Of a stretch of DNA of 64,000 nt, positions 26,323 through 38,649 are shown piece after piece. Source of the stretch: Eledone cirrhosa (taxonomy: Eukaryota). The stretch spans positions 33,046,001 to 33,110,000 of the forward strand of contig OZ024748.1 of NCBI GenBank assembly GCA_964016885.1. Direction: 5' to 3'. Every line of letters begins with the position of its first letter. Within the stretch, counting starts at the first letter, position 1. Position numbers and translations under genes: made by a program. The notes beneath the pieces were generated by a model, which was given only the letters and a program-made list of their open reading frames with translations, searched no databases and was not told the origin of the DNA.

Positions 26323-29300
26323 ATCATCATCATCATCATCATCATCATCGTTTAACGTCCGTGTTCCACGCTTGCATGGGTTTGGACGGGGGTAGTCCCA
26401 CTTGAGGCAAGAGTGATTGTCTTGCTCGCATAGGACTGTCTGGCAGGTTTTCTACAGTTGGATGCCCTTCCTAACACCAACCACATTTACAGTGTGGGTC
26501 TGGGAGGTTTTTACCGTGTTGCCTACACGGCCACATTACAGCGTGGACTGTGTGTTTTTTTTGTCGTGACACCTACACGATCTCATTTGTTTTGGCCTGG
26601 ATGGTGTGGCACCAACATAACTTTACATAGAAGGGGGCGGTGTGGATGGGGTGGGGGTGGTGGGACGGGGGTGTATTTTGTTAGAGATGCCTACTGACTG
26701 TAGTAGGTTTTACTTTGTATTTAGGTAAGGCGGGTCTTCTCTATTACTGAGTACCGCCAAAGGTCTCGGTCCAGTGACATTGTCTTGGTGAGGTGTAACT
26801 GTGTGAGGTCGGAGTTTATCAGCTCGTCCCAGGTTTTTCTGGGTCTGCCTATTCCGTGGCTACCGTCTATCTTTATTGCCCTGCACTTTGTTATACAGCT
26901 ATTGTCCTTCATACGCATCACGTGACCATACCAACGTAGCCTTCTCTCTAGTAAACAACATCTGATCCCTCTTATTTCTAATTTTTTCCTTAGTTCGTTT
27001 ATGCTTTGTCGTTCACGTATATTACTATTACACATCCAGCGGAGCATGCAAGCTTCGTTTCTCTCTAGTCTGCATATATCCTCTGCGCACAATGCCCAGG
27101 TCTCACTGCCATGCAACATTGCTGTTCGTATGCAGGCATCGTACAACCTGCCTTTCATTTTTAGGGAGAACCCTTTAGCGGCTAATAGTGGTATAAGCTC
27201 TCTGAACTTTTTCCACCCAGTTCTGACTCTAGCTACTGTACTTTCAGAGCACCCTCCCCCACTGCTGATTTTGTGACCCAGGTAACGGAAGCTGTCCACT
27301 ATTTCTATAGAACCCTCTGCGCAGTTGAAAGAGCTAGTATTTTGTGGGCACTTGCTGCTACTTATTGCCCCAGAACACTGGCCACATGTAAAATCTATGT
27401 TCTTAGTTAGCTTACCTGTGATCCCACTACATCTTTTATGAACCCAAACTTTGCATTTGGGACACAAAATGGAATTTCTACCTACGCCTTTCCTACACTC
27501 TGCGCATGGCCACTTCCCGGAGGGGACCGCCGCCTTATTTTCTTTCTTACAAACTAGAACTTTAGTCTTAGCCAGGTTAATTTTAAGGCCTTTTGATTCT
27601 AGCCCGCGCTTCCATGTTTGGAATTTCTTCTCTAGCTCGGCCATTGATTCAGCTATGAGCGTTAGATCGTCTGCGTATAGGAGTTCCCATGGGCAGCCGG
27701 TCTTGAACTCCACTGTTATAGCCTGGAGGGCAATAATAAATAGTAGGGGGCTAAGAACAGAGCCCTGATGAACACCAACTTTTACACTAAACTCTTCACT
27801 ATATTCGTTGTTAATTCTAACCTTGCTGACTGTTTCTTTATACATGGCTTGTATAGCTCTCACAAGCCATTCATCGACACCTAGTTTTCTAAGAGCCCAC
27901 CAGATAATGGAATGGGGGACTCTGTCGAAGGCCTTCTCCAAGTCGACGAAAGCTAAGTATAGGGGTTTACTTTTAGCTAGGTACTTCTCCTGTAGTTGTC
28001 GTACAATGAAAAGAGCGTCTGTGGTACTTTTTCCTGACACAAACCCGAACTGCATTTCATCTAGATCAATTCGCTCTCTGATTAGTTGCGCTATTACTTT
28101 TTCTGTGACCTTCATGACCTGGTCGATTAATTTAATGTCTCTATAGTTACTCCTATCTAGGGCATCTCCTTTACCCTTATAACAGTTAACGATAATGCTG
28201 CTACGCCAGTCCTTCGGAACAACCCCATTCTGTATGACTTGGTTGACTATCCGGGTGACCATGGTGTGTCCCACTGTACCAGATGCCTTCAGCATCTCGG
28301 CAACTATTTCCGAAGGCCCAGCCGCCTTGCCTGTTTTCATATCTTTGATTGCCTTACTTATTTTACTACCCTCGACTAACACTGCTGGTCCCTCTATTGG
28401 GTCGATGTGGGGGAGACTGTCTTTCTCCCATTTATTCTCCTCATTGAGTAGCCTTTCATAGTGACACTTCCAAGCTACCTTCTTATCGGCGTCGGTGATG
28501 GCAAGTACGCCGTCATCGTTAAGTACACACTTCTCCCCGACAATATCACTGTTTTCCTTGACACATTGCCTGGCAATCCTGAACACCTCACGTTTTTGGT
28601 TCTCACGTTGTAGAACATGCTTGAACTTTCTTTCCTCTGCTTCCCTTCTTGCGAAGTACACTTGTCTCCTAGCTTCCCTCCTGGCCACTTGATAGTCTTC
28701 TCTGCTACCCCCATCCCGCCATACTTTCCAAGCCTGCTTTTTGGCCTTAATTGACCCCTCCACCTTACTGTTCCACCACCATGTTACTCTCCTCCTGCCT
28801 ACAGGCCTGCTCCAGCCACAGACTTCGTCTGTCGCCGTCAGCAGGTTTGCTTTCAGGAATTCCCACTGTTCCTCTACCTTGTACGACTCTATTTGCTCTT
28901 CCTTACTGTCGAAAGCATCAAGTAATATGCTTTGGAATTTATTTTTGGCTGTGGGGTCCTTTAGCTTCCATATTTTTCTCCTGAGGGTAGTCCTCTTCTG
29001 TTGCCTAGTACGTCTCGTCCTGACTATTAGGTCGCTAATTATCAGTCTATGTTGGGAGGTGCATTCTTCATGGGGGAGGGATTTAGTGTTTACAACTGTC
29101 ACTTTGTCACGTCTTCTGGTAAGGATATAATCTACCTGGCTGGTATGTGCCCCTGATCTGTAGGTGATCAAGTGATTGTCTCGTTTTTTGAAGTTAGTGT
29201 TGCAGATAGTTAGGTTATTTGCGTCACAGAATTCCAGGATTCTGGAGCCTTCCTCATTTCTAGTACCAAACCCATAGCCTCCATGGATTTCGTCGTAGCC

Positions 29301-30300
29301 GTCACAATGTTGTCCAACGTGACCGTTTAGGTCGCCTGCAATAATTATATAGTCACTGTCGGTTATTTGGGAGGTAGTGAGTATCAGTGTCTCATAGAAT
29401 CTGTCTTTTATAGTGCTGGGCAGTCCGGATTGGGGTGCGTACGCGGATATTACTGTCACCGTGGTTCTATTGAGGACAAGTCTTATTTTAATTATTCTGT
29501 CGTTCACTCTATTTACGTCTATTATCTTATCTGCCCACTTTTCTGCTACTATGATTCCTACCCCACCCAGCCCATTGTCATTTCCCACCCAGAAAAGCTT
29601 ATAGCATCGTTTTCTACCCACAATGAATCTAGCAGATCCACCCCTCCACCTGGTCTCTTGAATACAACAAACATCGACCTCCTTACGTTCAAGCATTTCT
29701 ACAACCTCGTTAGAGCGACCCTTTAGGGTGCCTACATTCAAGGTACCAAATCTGAAGTTTTGGATTGCGTTTGGGGGGTGGGAAAGGTGGGGAGAGGGGG
29801 GAGATGGGGTTGTGTTAGCCATCCGCGGCCGAAACAAAGAGGCATGTTCGCATTCTCGTCCACGAGGTGTGTTTGTCTTTAACTTTGGCATTGTCGCTGA
29901 GCGTCCAGATTTTTCTCTCTTCAACTCTCCGGAATTCCGTAGTCCCTCCATCCTACATACCGAAGGCGACCAGGTAAGCGATAGTATAGGCCTCTGGCTT
30001 ATGATTGGTCCACGTGATAATAATGGTGGTGCGTGGGGGCGGGAGGGAGGGGTGTTGAGTTGTTAGCGAGAAGAATAGGTTTAAGTTAGATCCTAGTATT
30101 TTACGAACGTAAACAAAAATACAAGATTTGTTTAGCTTGATACGCCAAAAACTTCCGTATCTTACAATCGTGACAAAATACAAGAGATTTGTTTTGGAAA
30201 ATACAGGAGGAAATAGGTTTAGAGGGACTATGGAATAAGCGGATGTTAGAAAGCTAGAAAAATGAGTACATTACATTTTACCATGAAAGAGAATCTGCCA
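26323..30300 (-). mobile_element. RTE LINE, apparently full length
   Basis: (GAT)n tail ending ~26323, 3' UTR, intact ORF; 5' end not precisely defined; TA-rich flanks. Confidence 0.9.
26721..29951 (-). CDS. RTE ORF: APE endonuclease + reverse transcriptase + PHD-like finger (1076 aa)
   Basis: Uninterrupted ORF; GTLNV, QETRW, YAPQ, GDLNGH, VDYIL, FVDLEKAFD, QGSVLSP, YADD; C4HC3 cluster. Confidence 0.95.
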   Translation of the reverse strand: MEGLRNSGELKREKSGRSATMPKLKTNTPRGRECEHASLFRPRMANTTPSPPSPHLSHPPNAIQNFRFGTLNVGTLKGRSNEVVEMLERKEVDVCCIQETRWRGGSARFIVGRKRCYKLFWVGNDNGLGGVGIIVAEKWADKIIDVNRVNDRIIKIRLVLNRTTVTVISAYAPQSGLPSTIKDRFYETLILTTSQITDSDYIIIAGDLNGHVGQHCDGYDEIHGGYGFGTRNEEGSRILEFCDANNLTICNTNFKKRDNHLITYRSGAHTSQVDYILTRRRDKVTVVNTKSLPHEECTSQHRLIISDLIVRTRRTRQQKRTTLRRKIWKLKDPTAKNKFQSILLDAFDSKEEQIESYKVEEQWEFLKANLLTATDEVCGWSRPVGRRRVTWWWNSKVEGSIKAKKQAWKVWRDGGSREDYQVARREARRQVYFARREAEERKFKHVLQRENQKREVFRIARQCVKENSDIVGEKCVLNDDGVLAITDADKKVAWKCHYERLLNEENKWEKDSLPHIDPIEGPAVLVEGSKISKAIKDMKTGKAAGPSEIVAEMLKASGTVGHTMVTRIVNQVIQNGVVPKDWRSSIIVNCYKGKGDALDRSNYRDIKLIDQVMKVTEKVIAQLIRERIDLDEMQFGFVSGKSTTDALFIVRQLQEKYLAKSKPLYLAFVDLEKAFDRVPHSIIWWALRKLGVDEWLVRAIQAMYKETVSKVRINNEYSEEFSVKVGVHQGSVLSPLLFIIALQAITVEFKTGCPWELLYADDLTLIAESMAELEKKFQTWKRGLESKGLKINLAKTKVLVCKKENKAAVPSGKWPCAECRKGVGRNSILCPKCKVWVHKRCSGITGKLTKNIDFTCGQCSGAISSSKCPQNTSSFNCAEGSIEIVDSFRYLGHKISSGGGCSESTVARVRTGWKKFRELIPLLAAKGFSLKMKGRLYDACIRTAMLHGSETWALCAEDICRLERNEACMLRWMCNSNIRERQSINELRKKLEIRGIRCCLLERRLRWYGHVMRMKDNSCITKCRAIKIDGSHGIGRPRKTWDELINSDLTQLHLTKTMSLDRDLWRYSVIEKTRLT

Positions 30301-30379
30301 CGAATTGGCGAAAGTGAGTTACTTTATCTTATATATGTATATGGATAGAGAGAGAGAGGGGGGGGGGGGGTTTGACCGC

Positions 30380-30426
<47 letters not shown>

Positions 30427-30919
30427 TGATACCTTGAGATATGAGTTTAATTCGTTCCGTGACCGAGCTCGTAACTCAATTTACTCGTATCTCAAATCAC
30501 TTTTCCCCATTGAAATTAACTGAAATGCCATTAATCCGTTCTGACCCCCGAAAACCACACCAATTTATTTATGTTACGTTTTTTTAATAAGCAAAATATA
30601 CTTTATAAATAACAAATAATGTATAATGAAATAAAAACATAATAAAAGAGAATGTAAAGGAATAAACTGAATTTATTAAGTGTATTTACCTTGAAGATGA
30701 GACGAAAAAGCTGGCGGTGGTGGAGGAGATTGGCAGGGGTGGAGGAGAATGACGGGGGAGGCTGTAAATGTTTTTAGTTTTGCGCTCTATCTCTTAACTT
30801 GACTTACTCACTACACAGTTAATGCTATTTTTTATTGCTAAATTTACTTACACACTATGCTGCACCTAATCGCTAAACTTAATTTTTCTTTTTTTTTTCT
30901 TTTCGTGCCGTATGGTACT

Positions 30920-31591
30920 TCAGTTACTGTCATCATCATCTGCACTGACTTTTGGCTTTTTGGCCACACTTTCCTCACCTTCACTTTGAGGGCGTTTCAA
31001 TAAAAACCTGTCCAAGGAAGTTTGTTTCTTCGTCCCTTTTAAAATGTTTCTGAAATGAGTGAGGCAAGTGTCGTTAAACAGTGCCGGCGCATGACTTGTT
31101 CCAACTTTTTCTGGATGATTTTTGTCAATAAAATCATTAAGTTTCTCCCAAATTCCCAACATTTCCTTAATTTCACTTGAAGGGATTACTACCTCCTCTG
31201 ACTCTGGCCCCTCATTAATTTCCTGCCAAATCTCTGTATGCTGCTGGTCCTGTAGCTTCTTTAATTCCTCCATTGTCAATTCCCCATTGTGCTCTTCACC
31301 GAGGTCATTGACGTCTCCTTCGTCCACTTCCAGGCCCATGGATTTTCCGATGGACACAATCTCCTCCTCCACTAACTCTTCGGGTTCAAATCCTTCGAAG
31401 TCCCTTTCGGACACAACCTCAGGCCACAGCTTAGTACATATAGTACATATTGTAGAAGTACTACAATCGTACTCCTTTGCCAAGTCAATAACACGCACAC
31501 CACGCTCATGTTTTTCTACGATTTCGTGCTTAATATCCATAGACATCATCCTTTTCTTTTTCTCACCAGTGTTGTTGGCACTCACTTTCAC
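30920..31591 (-). pseudogene. Tigger transposase remnant: psq-HTH fused in frame to acidic C-terminus (no DDE)
   Basis: KKKRMMSMDIKHEIVEKHERGVRVIDLAKEY..STICTI joined directly to KLWPE...KKQTSLDRF. Confidence 0.8.
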
Positions 31592-31707
31592 TCATGGTTG
31601 AAACTAAGATTTTTATCGAAATAAACCAAAAGCAACTAAAATCACAACAGTAACACAACAGAGATGCTCGCGCGCTGAGGTTACCACGTGGACTGACTGC
31701 TCTCAGG

Positions 31708-31946
31708 GGGTTACTGAATTAATTTTACCACTGAATTAATTTTGCCCGGTGAACCCCAACGAAAGTTACTCCCGTCGTTTATATCCATAAAGTGACTAAA
31801 ACAAATGTAATATATTTACGGTTAGGGTTAATTCAACCCTAACCGTAAATATATTACATTTGTTTTAATCTTTAGTCACTTTACGGATATAAACGACGGG
31901 AGTAACTTTGGTTGGGGTTCACCGGGCAAAATTAATTCTGCACCCC
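31708..31946. mobile_element. Fold-back MITE nested in Tigger, 8-bp TSD
   Basis: TSD ctctcagg at 31700-31707 and 31947-31954; ~95-bp inverted arms with central ggttagggtt/aaccctaacc. Confidence 0.8.
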
Positions 31947-32890
31947 CTCTCAGGCACCCGCTAGCTCGTAGCTTGTATCTAAAAACTCAGCTCGTATCAC
32001 AAGGCAATAAATTAGCCGAGTGATGGCTGTATCTCAAAAAAGTTGTATGTTGATTCACTCGTATCTTAAGGTATCACTGTATATATATATGACATACTGC
32101 ATTTATATATATATACATTTATACATATATATATATATATATTTAGAAACACACAGATACATGCGGACGCACACATATATACATGAACGCATCCGCACCC
32201 AACTGTGAGTTAAGGGTGCCAACTTCACTGATGTTGCTCAATGAATGACTGGGACAGACCAATTCAGTTTGAACCAGACTGAACCAGTATCAGAGTTAAA
32301 AATACATTGTGAAGAGAGAAGAAACATTTAGATATAATTAGTAATAAAATGTATCATACCTAAACTGTTCCTAAATTCCTCGACTACGTAGTTTCGTGGC
32401 ATAAAAAAAACAATATATCAAAGATATAGAGTCCTTGCGAGGTCTGCCGACTTATCAAGAGGATACCTCATTTTACTAGTCTCAAGAACGCGTCTACACG
32501 ACGTGAGAAAGAATCCCAAAAGGCGGAGGGGGAGATAGTCACGCGATATAACGGTCGAGAAACAGAGCTAAGCCTCTTATAACCACGAAGAAAATACCAC
32601 GGAGGCGGAGGGGGTATTCATATCGAGGCCGTAGAAGAGGTAGTGAAGAAGGCGAGAAGTATGAGTTATATATATATATATATATATACATTTATACATA
32701 TATATATTTATATATATATGACATACCGCATTTATATATATATATACATGTATACATATATATATTTATATATATATGACATACCGCATTTATATATATA
32801 TATATAGTAATAATAATAAATTTGAAGACTAAAATCCAAAGAGGGCTCGATAAAGATAAATATATATCAAATATATAAGAACCGTAGAGC

Positions 32891-33037
32891 AAATATTTAT
32901 TAAAATAACAGATTAAAGTTTAAGCAAAGAATTGCTGCTCTCACCCTTAACAGAATCTTAAGTTTCAGAAGATCCCGTTAAGGGTGAAAGCAGCGATTCT
33001 TTGCTTAAACTTTAATCTGTTATTTTAATAAATATTT
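32891..33037. repeat. Palindrome, 69-bp arms, 9-nt loop
   Basis: 32891-32959 pairs with 32969-33037 with few mismatches. Confidence 0.88.
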
Positions 33038-33046
33038 ATATATATA

Positions 33047-33380
33047 AAGCATAAATGAATTGAGAGAGAGACTGAGCATAAGAGGAATCAAATGCTGTGT
33101 GCAGGAGAGGCGTGTGATGCGTATGAAGGATGACAGGTGCATAAAAAGGTGCAGAGCACTAGAAGTCGATGGAAACCGCGGAGTGGGGAGACCCAAGAAG
33201 ACCTGGGACGAGGTGATAAAAGCCGACCTTACCCAATTTCACCTCTCAAGGGTGATGATACACGACCGTGACCTCTGGCGTCACGCAGTAATACAGAGGA
33301 CCCGACCCCCCACGAGTACAAGCCGAAGCTGAAGCATATAGACAATATGCCCCCACACCCATCCACTGCATGATGATGAT
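33047..33380 (+). mobile_element. RTE 3' fragment
   Basis: Near-identical to 25507-25830. Confidence 0.85.
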
Positions 33381-33394
33381 ATGTGTATATTATT

Positions 33395-33620
33395 GCGGTG
33401 GATTGGCAGTATCGGTAGAGGATCGGACACCATGCTTTGATGCATAGAGTTACGGCCCTTGCCATTCTGAGTTCAAATCCCGTCGAGGTTAACTTTGCCT
33501 TTCATCCTTACGGGGTCGATAAAATAAAGCACCAGTAACGTACTGGGGTCGATTTAATCTATTTTCCCCTCCCCCAAAATTGCTGGCCTTGTGCCTATAT
33601 GAGAAACCAATATTATTGTT
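33395..33620 (+). mobile_element. tRNA-derived SINE (same family as 11074)
   Basis: gcggtggattggcagtatcggtagag...ggggtcgataaaataaagcaccag. Confidence 0.85.
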
Positions 33621-36600
33621 GTTGATGTCGCGAAAGCGATAAACAAATGTGAGCAAATAAACATCACTAACGAAGAGATAAAACAAGCAAAGGTCTTGGT
33701 AAAAAAGAACCGACACAGAGTAAGTCTCACCCGCCCAGCTGATATAATAAGAAACAAACTTTTGTGTTCGGTCAGTTATCGCACGATCGGTTCAAAATCC
33801 AGGCAAGTTGAACGGGCAACGGAGTCACAGATCCAAAGAGCTATGGGTGCTGTCTGGGCACAGAAAACATATATAGCCCGGGGTTCGAGATATGGCACTG
33901 TGGTTGTGCTCTTCGCTACACCAGAGGAAGCCAGAGCACACTCCATTGTACCACTCCGCAGCGACGAAATCACAATGATGCCCACATAGAGTCGTGAAGG
34001 TTCGAGTTGGCCAGGTTCCACCCTCAGTGGAGATGGCGTGGCTGACGGCAGCCGTCCTCGCTGACATTGAAGATTCAACAACCATACTCAACGTCATACG
34101 AATAACACAGGAAAATTGGAGAGGGTCGGGGATGGAGCTAATCATCCAAGCAAACCACGAAAGCGTTGAGGCCATCCCCGAGGTAATAGACCTGGACGAC
34201 GGCAGCCATCTACCTGTGACTGTCGAAGCTAGGCTCCTAAAGTGCCATGGATGCGGTGACAAGGCGCACCTTAAGGCATTCCAAAATTACCAAAACAGGT
34301 ACGCGCCCACCCCTTCTCCCCACACCGTGCCCCGCAACTGGAGCAGACAAACAAACAAAGAACACAGTGGCAGAAGAGAAATCACCATCCCCAACAACAA
34401 AAACACCATCTCTTCCGCCACCCACAAAACCAATGGAAAGCATACCCCTTCCTGATATAGCCAAATCGGACAAGGAGTGCAATGAGACCGAAGAGTGAAG
34501 AACTATTCCAACAAAAAAAAGGAAGAACTCCCTACCCTCATCTCCCCCCAAAAATGAGGAAGAGAGAACCTTAAAAGAAAAGAAAATGAAAACTACCCCA
34601 CCTCCTCCACCACCAATCAACAGCCACACCCCCACAACCACCTACACCATCACCACCACAAACACAAACACCACCGCCACCACCACCACCCTTACCATCT
34701 ACCCCATCGTCACCTCCAACAACACGACAGCAAACACAGAAAACACCAACACCCAAACAGCAGACACAATACATAGCCATAGACACAGACAACACAAAGC
34801 TTTTAAATTACATTCAACACCATACCAACATCACAGAAACAAACTACGTACAAACCACCAAAATTGCACCCCCCACATACATAAAAATAATAGAAATTAC
34901 ACAAAAAAAATTACATAACATTAAAAAAAATGTTCCCCACATCAATTGGAGACTACCGAGGGAACATCACCAAAAGAATATTCATGACTAGTCGGAGGGA
35001 TGGATCACCCACCCCCTTCCTAAAGAAAAGCCACAGTTATTTTTTGTACCTCTCCCCTCTCACTTGTTTTCCTCCTATCCTAGCCAACATGGCTACTCTC
35101 AGAATAGGTAGCATAAATGTACATGGCCTGGGGTCGTCTTGGAAGCAGGGGCACCTGCTGAACGATCTCAGGTCGCTAAACATAGATGTGGTGGCCATCA
35201 GCAAGACCAGAATCTCCGAGGCATGGGCCTTCGCACCAATCTTCGGCGGCTACGATGTGTACGCATCCCCCAGCCATCCTGGATCGGGGGGAGGAGTTGC
35301 TGTGCTTTTTCGGAGAGGTTTGGATCTCGCCATACGGGCCATCTTCCTAGACCCAGAAGGTAAGTTGGTGGTGTTGGATGTGACCAGCGGAGATGGGCAA
35401 GCTTTCAGGCTTGTGACCGTCTATGCCCCGACAGGAGCAGGGCGGCCTGATTTCTCACGGCGTCTGGAGACCTTTCTTAGAATGTCCCGCTCTTTAGTGT
35501 TAGTGGGGGACTGGAACGGGATCTTAGATGCACGCTGGGACTGTGTGGGATTAGCGGATAGAGGAGGAGGGTGCAAGAGTCTCACCACCCTGCTCAGGCG
35601 CTTTGAACTATCTGACAGGTACGGATTGGATTTCCCGAATGTGCCAATGTGGACTTGAACAAACCGTATCGGGTCATCCAGATCATATCTAGATGTATTT
35701 TGTAGGGAAATAGATAGGATTAGCATAGGCTGTCCACAATTCAAGATAGTCAGCTACACGGACCACAAATTACTGATCTGTGTGGTTGACTTAGATAGGC
35801 GTCATAGACAAGGACCCGGCTACTGGAAGTTAAACGCGTCCTTAACAGCGCGCAAGGCCTACAGAGACCGGATTAGCAAACTAGTTAAGCGGGCATTGAC
35901 GGGGGCCATCGTCAACAACAAGTGGTGGTTTGCTCTGAAAAGAGCGATTAGGTTTAGTAAGGCTTTAGCAATAGAGAAAAAAAGAGCAGAGGGAGAACTA
36001 GTTAGAAAATTAGATGAGGCGCTTAGCAAAGGCATAGCGACCGACACTCTCAGACACGAGGGGACGAAAGCCGTTCAATGGGCCCGAGTGGAGGAGGCGC
36101 GTCATGGCAACAAAGCCACGATCCGGTCTCCTTTGGACCATGACGGACGCATGCTACTCGATCCCGGGCAAATGTGTGAAGCTTTTCAGCGACACTTTGA
36201 TCAGCTGTTCGGGAGCAGCGGCGGGCCGGATCGAGGGATGGACTTTAGTGTCTACCTCGACGGACTGCCGCGGCTCTCGGCTCCTGAGGCGGAGTGTTGC
36301 AAAAAGCCGATAACAGCAGCTGAAGTATGGGAGGCAATTACTGGCTGCACAAGGGGTAAATCGTCTGGTTTGGATAGTCTGCCCTATGAACTTTACATAC
36401 AGAGGCCTCTTGGTGGACGTCTACTGCAACTGGCAACAGAACGGGAGAATTCGCAGCTCTGTGAGCCGAGGAGCGGTGGCGCTGCTGAAAAAGGATCCGA
36501 ACAAGGGGGATAACATAGATAATTTCAGGCTCATAACTCTTCTAAACACAGAGCTCAAGATTTTGGCCAAGGTGCTAGCAAAGAGCTTGTCGTTGATGGT

Positions 36601-38520
36601 CTGGTAGGAGAGGCGCAGACATGCGTCATTCCCGACAGATCCATCCACGACAACCTCCACCTCATGTGATACATCGTGGAGCGGGTGGCTAAGGAACCTG
36701 GCACAGGTGGTTCCTTGATCAATTTAGATCAGTCGAAAGCTTTCGATAGGGTCGACCATCGTTATCTGGCAGCAGTCCTGAGGGCGGCTGGCTTTGGGGC
36801 CGTCTTCAGAGGCTGGATCGCTGCCATCCACAGCGACATCTGCTCTGTGGTGAGAGTGAACGGTCACCTTTCGGAACCGTTCAACATCATGCGCTTGGTC
36901 CGCCAAGGATGTCCCCTCTCGTCCCTCTTGTACGTATTGACTCTCGAGCCATTACTGCACAAACTGGAGACGTTGAGGGGGTCCCGCGCGAACTAGGATG
37001 CGGAAGATCCGTGTCAGCATATGCAGACGATGTCACCGCAGTGGTGTCGAATGCCAAACACATCTAGGCGATCGGCACTACACTAAGAGAATACGAAGCG
37101 GTGACAGGAGCAATGATCAACCAGGAAAAGTCGGTGGGCCTGCAGCTCGGCACCTGGAGAGGCAGGTCCATGCCGTCCAACGGTGTCGTCGGGCGCTGGA
37201 CGGACGGACCAGTTAAATTGTTAGGGGTCTGGTTCGGTCTGGACCTCCAGACGGACAAAAACTAGGATGAGGTGACGAGCAGGGTGGCTAATGCGTACAT
37301 CGCGTCCGTCATCTACTACCGCCTAACCGTCGTGCCTTGTCCTAAGCCTCGCCTGACTGCACTGGAGTGTTTGCTCTTTCGCTTTTTGTGGAAGGGACAC
37401 GCTCCGATTGTCAGGCGGTCCATCTGCTGTCAACACCCGCTATGTGGAGGGCTGTGCATGCCATGGCTAATGATGCGCAGACATGTACTCAGGCTACAAC
37501 ATCTCCACCTCTTCCTCGACGGTGATCAGGTGTGGTCGCCGTTTGCTAGACGTGTCTTTCCCCAGCTCATCTCCTTGTCGGAGCTGCAGTCCTGGGTCAA
37601 GCGAAGACTGAGAGGGAGCGCTTGGAGACTAGAATGTCTTCAGGCGCTTACAGCCCTTGGCCAATCAGGCAATGTGATCGGTGGAAACTCCACCTTGGCG
37701 TTCTATAGAGGATTAGTGGAGGGGAAGAGCGACGACGTACTTGGAGAAACTCTAGGCGTCGACGAAAATCAACTAGCCAATCTCTTCGGAAGAACTTTCG
37801 GGCCTGGGGCCTATGGACAACTTCCAGAAATCCCTGGCCTGGCAGTGGTACCGAGGAGCTTTGCCAGTTCAGGATAAACTCTACAGGCATGGAGGTGCCG
37901 TCAGCCGGGCATGTCCGAGATGCACACAGTGCAACAAAACCATCTTGCATGCACTCGTCCAGTGTCCGAGCATTGCTGACTTGTGGGTTTATGTCGAACA
38001 CCTGCTGTCGCGTGTAGAATGAATCCGACTATCAGCTGAGTCCATCATGAGGATTGCTCCGCCCTCTTCCTTTAGCCGGGAAGGGCAGGCAGTTTTTATC
38101 TGTCTGGTGGCCATGGCGAAAGAGATAGTAAGATAGTATGGTGGACACATCTGAAAGGGCTGAAGACGAGCACTTACCTCTTCGGTGATGCCCTGATTAA
38201 CTTTTTCCAATTTCATTTGAAAAGGAAAATCAGGGTAGAGAGGGAGGTGCTCTCTTCCCAGCTTTTTGTTGAAAGATGGGTGAGAGAGGCAAGAATGGCC
38301 TGAGTGAGTGGACATACTCTGAGTATATGCCTCTAAATTGAAGGTGGAAAACTGGGAGAGGACAATTGCCCTGGTGGTCAGGGCACCGTCTCTTTTTAAT
38401 GGGCTTTATCCACGATGGCCCTCGGAAGTCTCCCCCCCTATTGGGGAATTTTTTTCATTGTTCTATTATTACATCCTCTGGTTTTTGTTTTTTTTACACG
38501 CAGAAATGCCCTTTTGTACC
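33620..38520 (+). mobile_element. Tx1/L1-clade LINE, decayed two-ORF element
   Basis: ORF1 pieces with knuckle KCHGCGDKAH; ORF2 pieces SINVHGL, VYAP, GDWN, WKLN, DQSKAFDRVDH, RQGCPLS, C-terminal CPRC..ILHALVQC; many stops. Confidence 0.88.
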
Positions 38521-38649
38521 GTCCTTAATCAGTTCCCGTCCTACCCTTGCAAGCAGGGAAAAAGCGGACGTAAAATGAAATGATCATGATGAATGATGAT
38601 GATGATGTATGTATATATATAGAGAGAGATATTTATATATATATATGTA

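Larger units (their letters stand above)
30424..32079 (-). mobile_element. Tigger/pogo DNA transposon, internally deleted
   Basis: TIRs cagtgataccttgagatatgagt / actcgtatcttaaggtatcactg with TA TSD. Confidence 0.9.

Noticed and set aside
27001-30066. Plus-strand ORFs opposite the RTE (and opposite the Tigger/Helitron ORFs)
   Set aside because: Antisense shadows of real coding frames
32340-32660. GC-richer CpG segment between TA tracts
   Set aside because: Probably a TE fragment, but no motif or ORF that I can support
34586-34918. Thr/Pro-rich ORF as host mucin-like gene
   Set aside because: Low-complexity tail of Tx1 ORF1 / inter-ORF region
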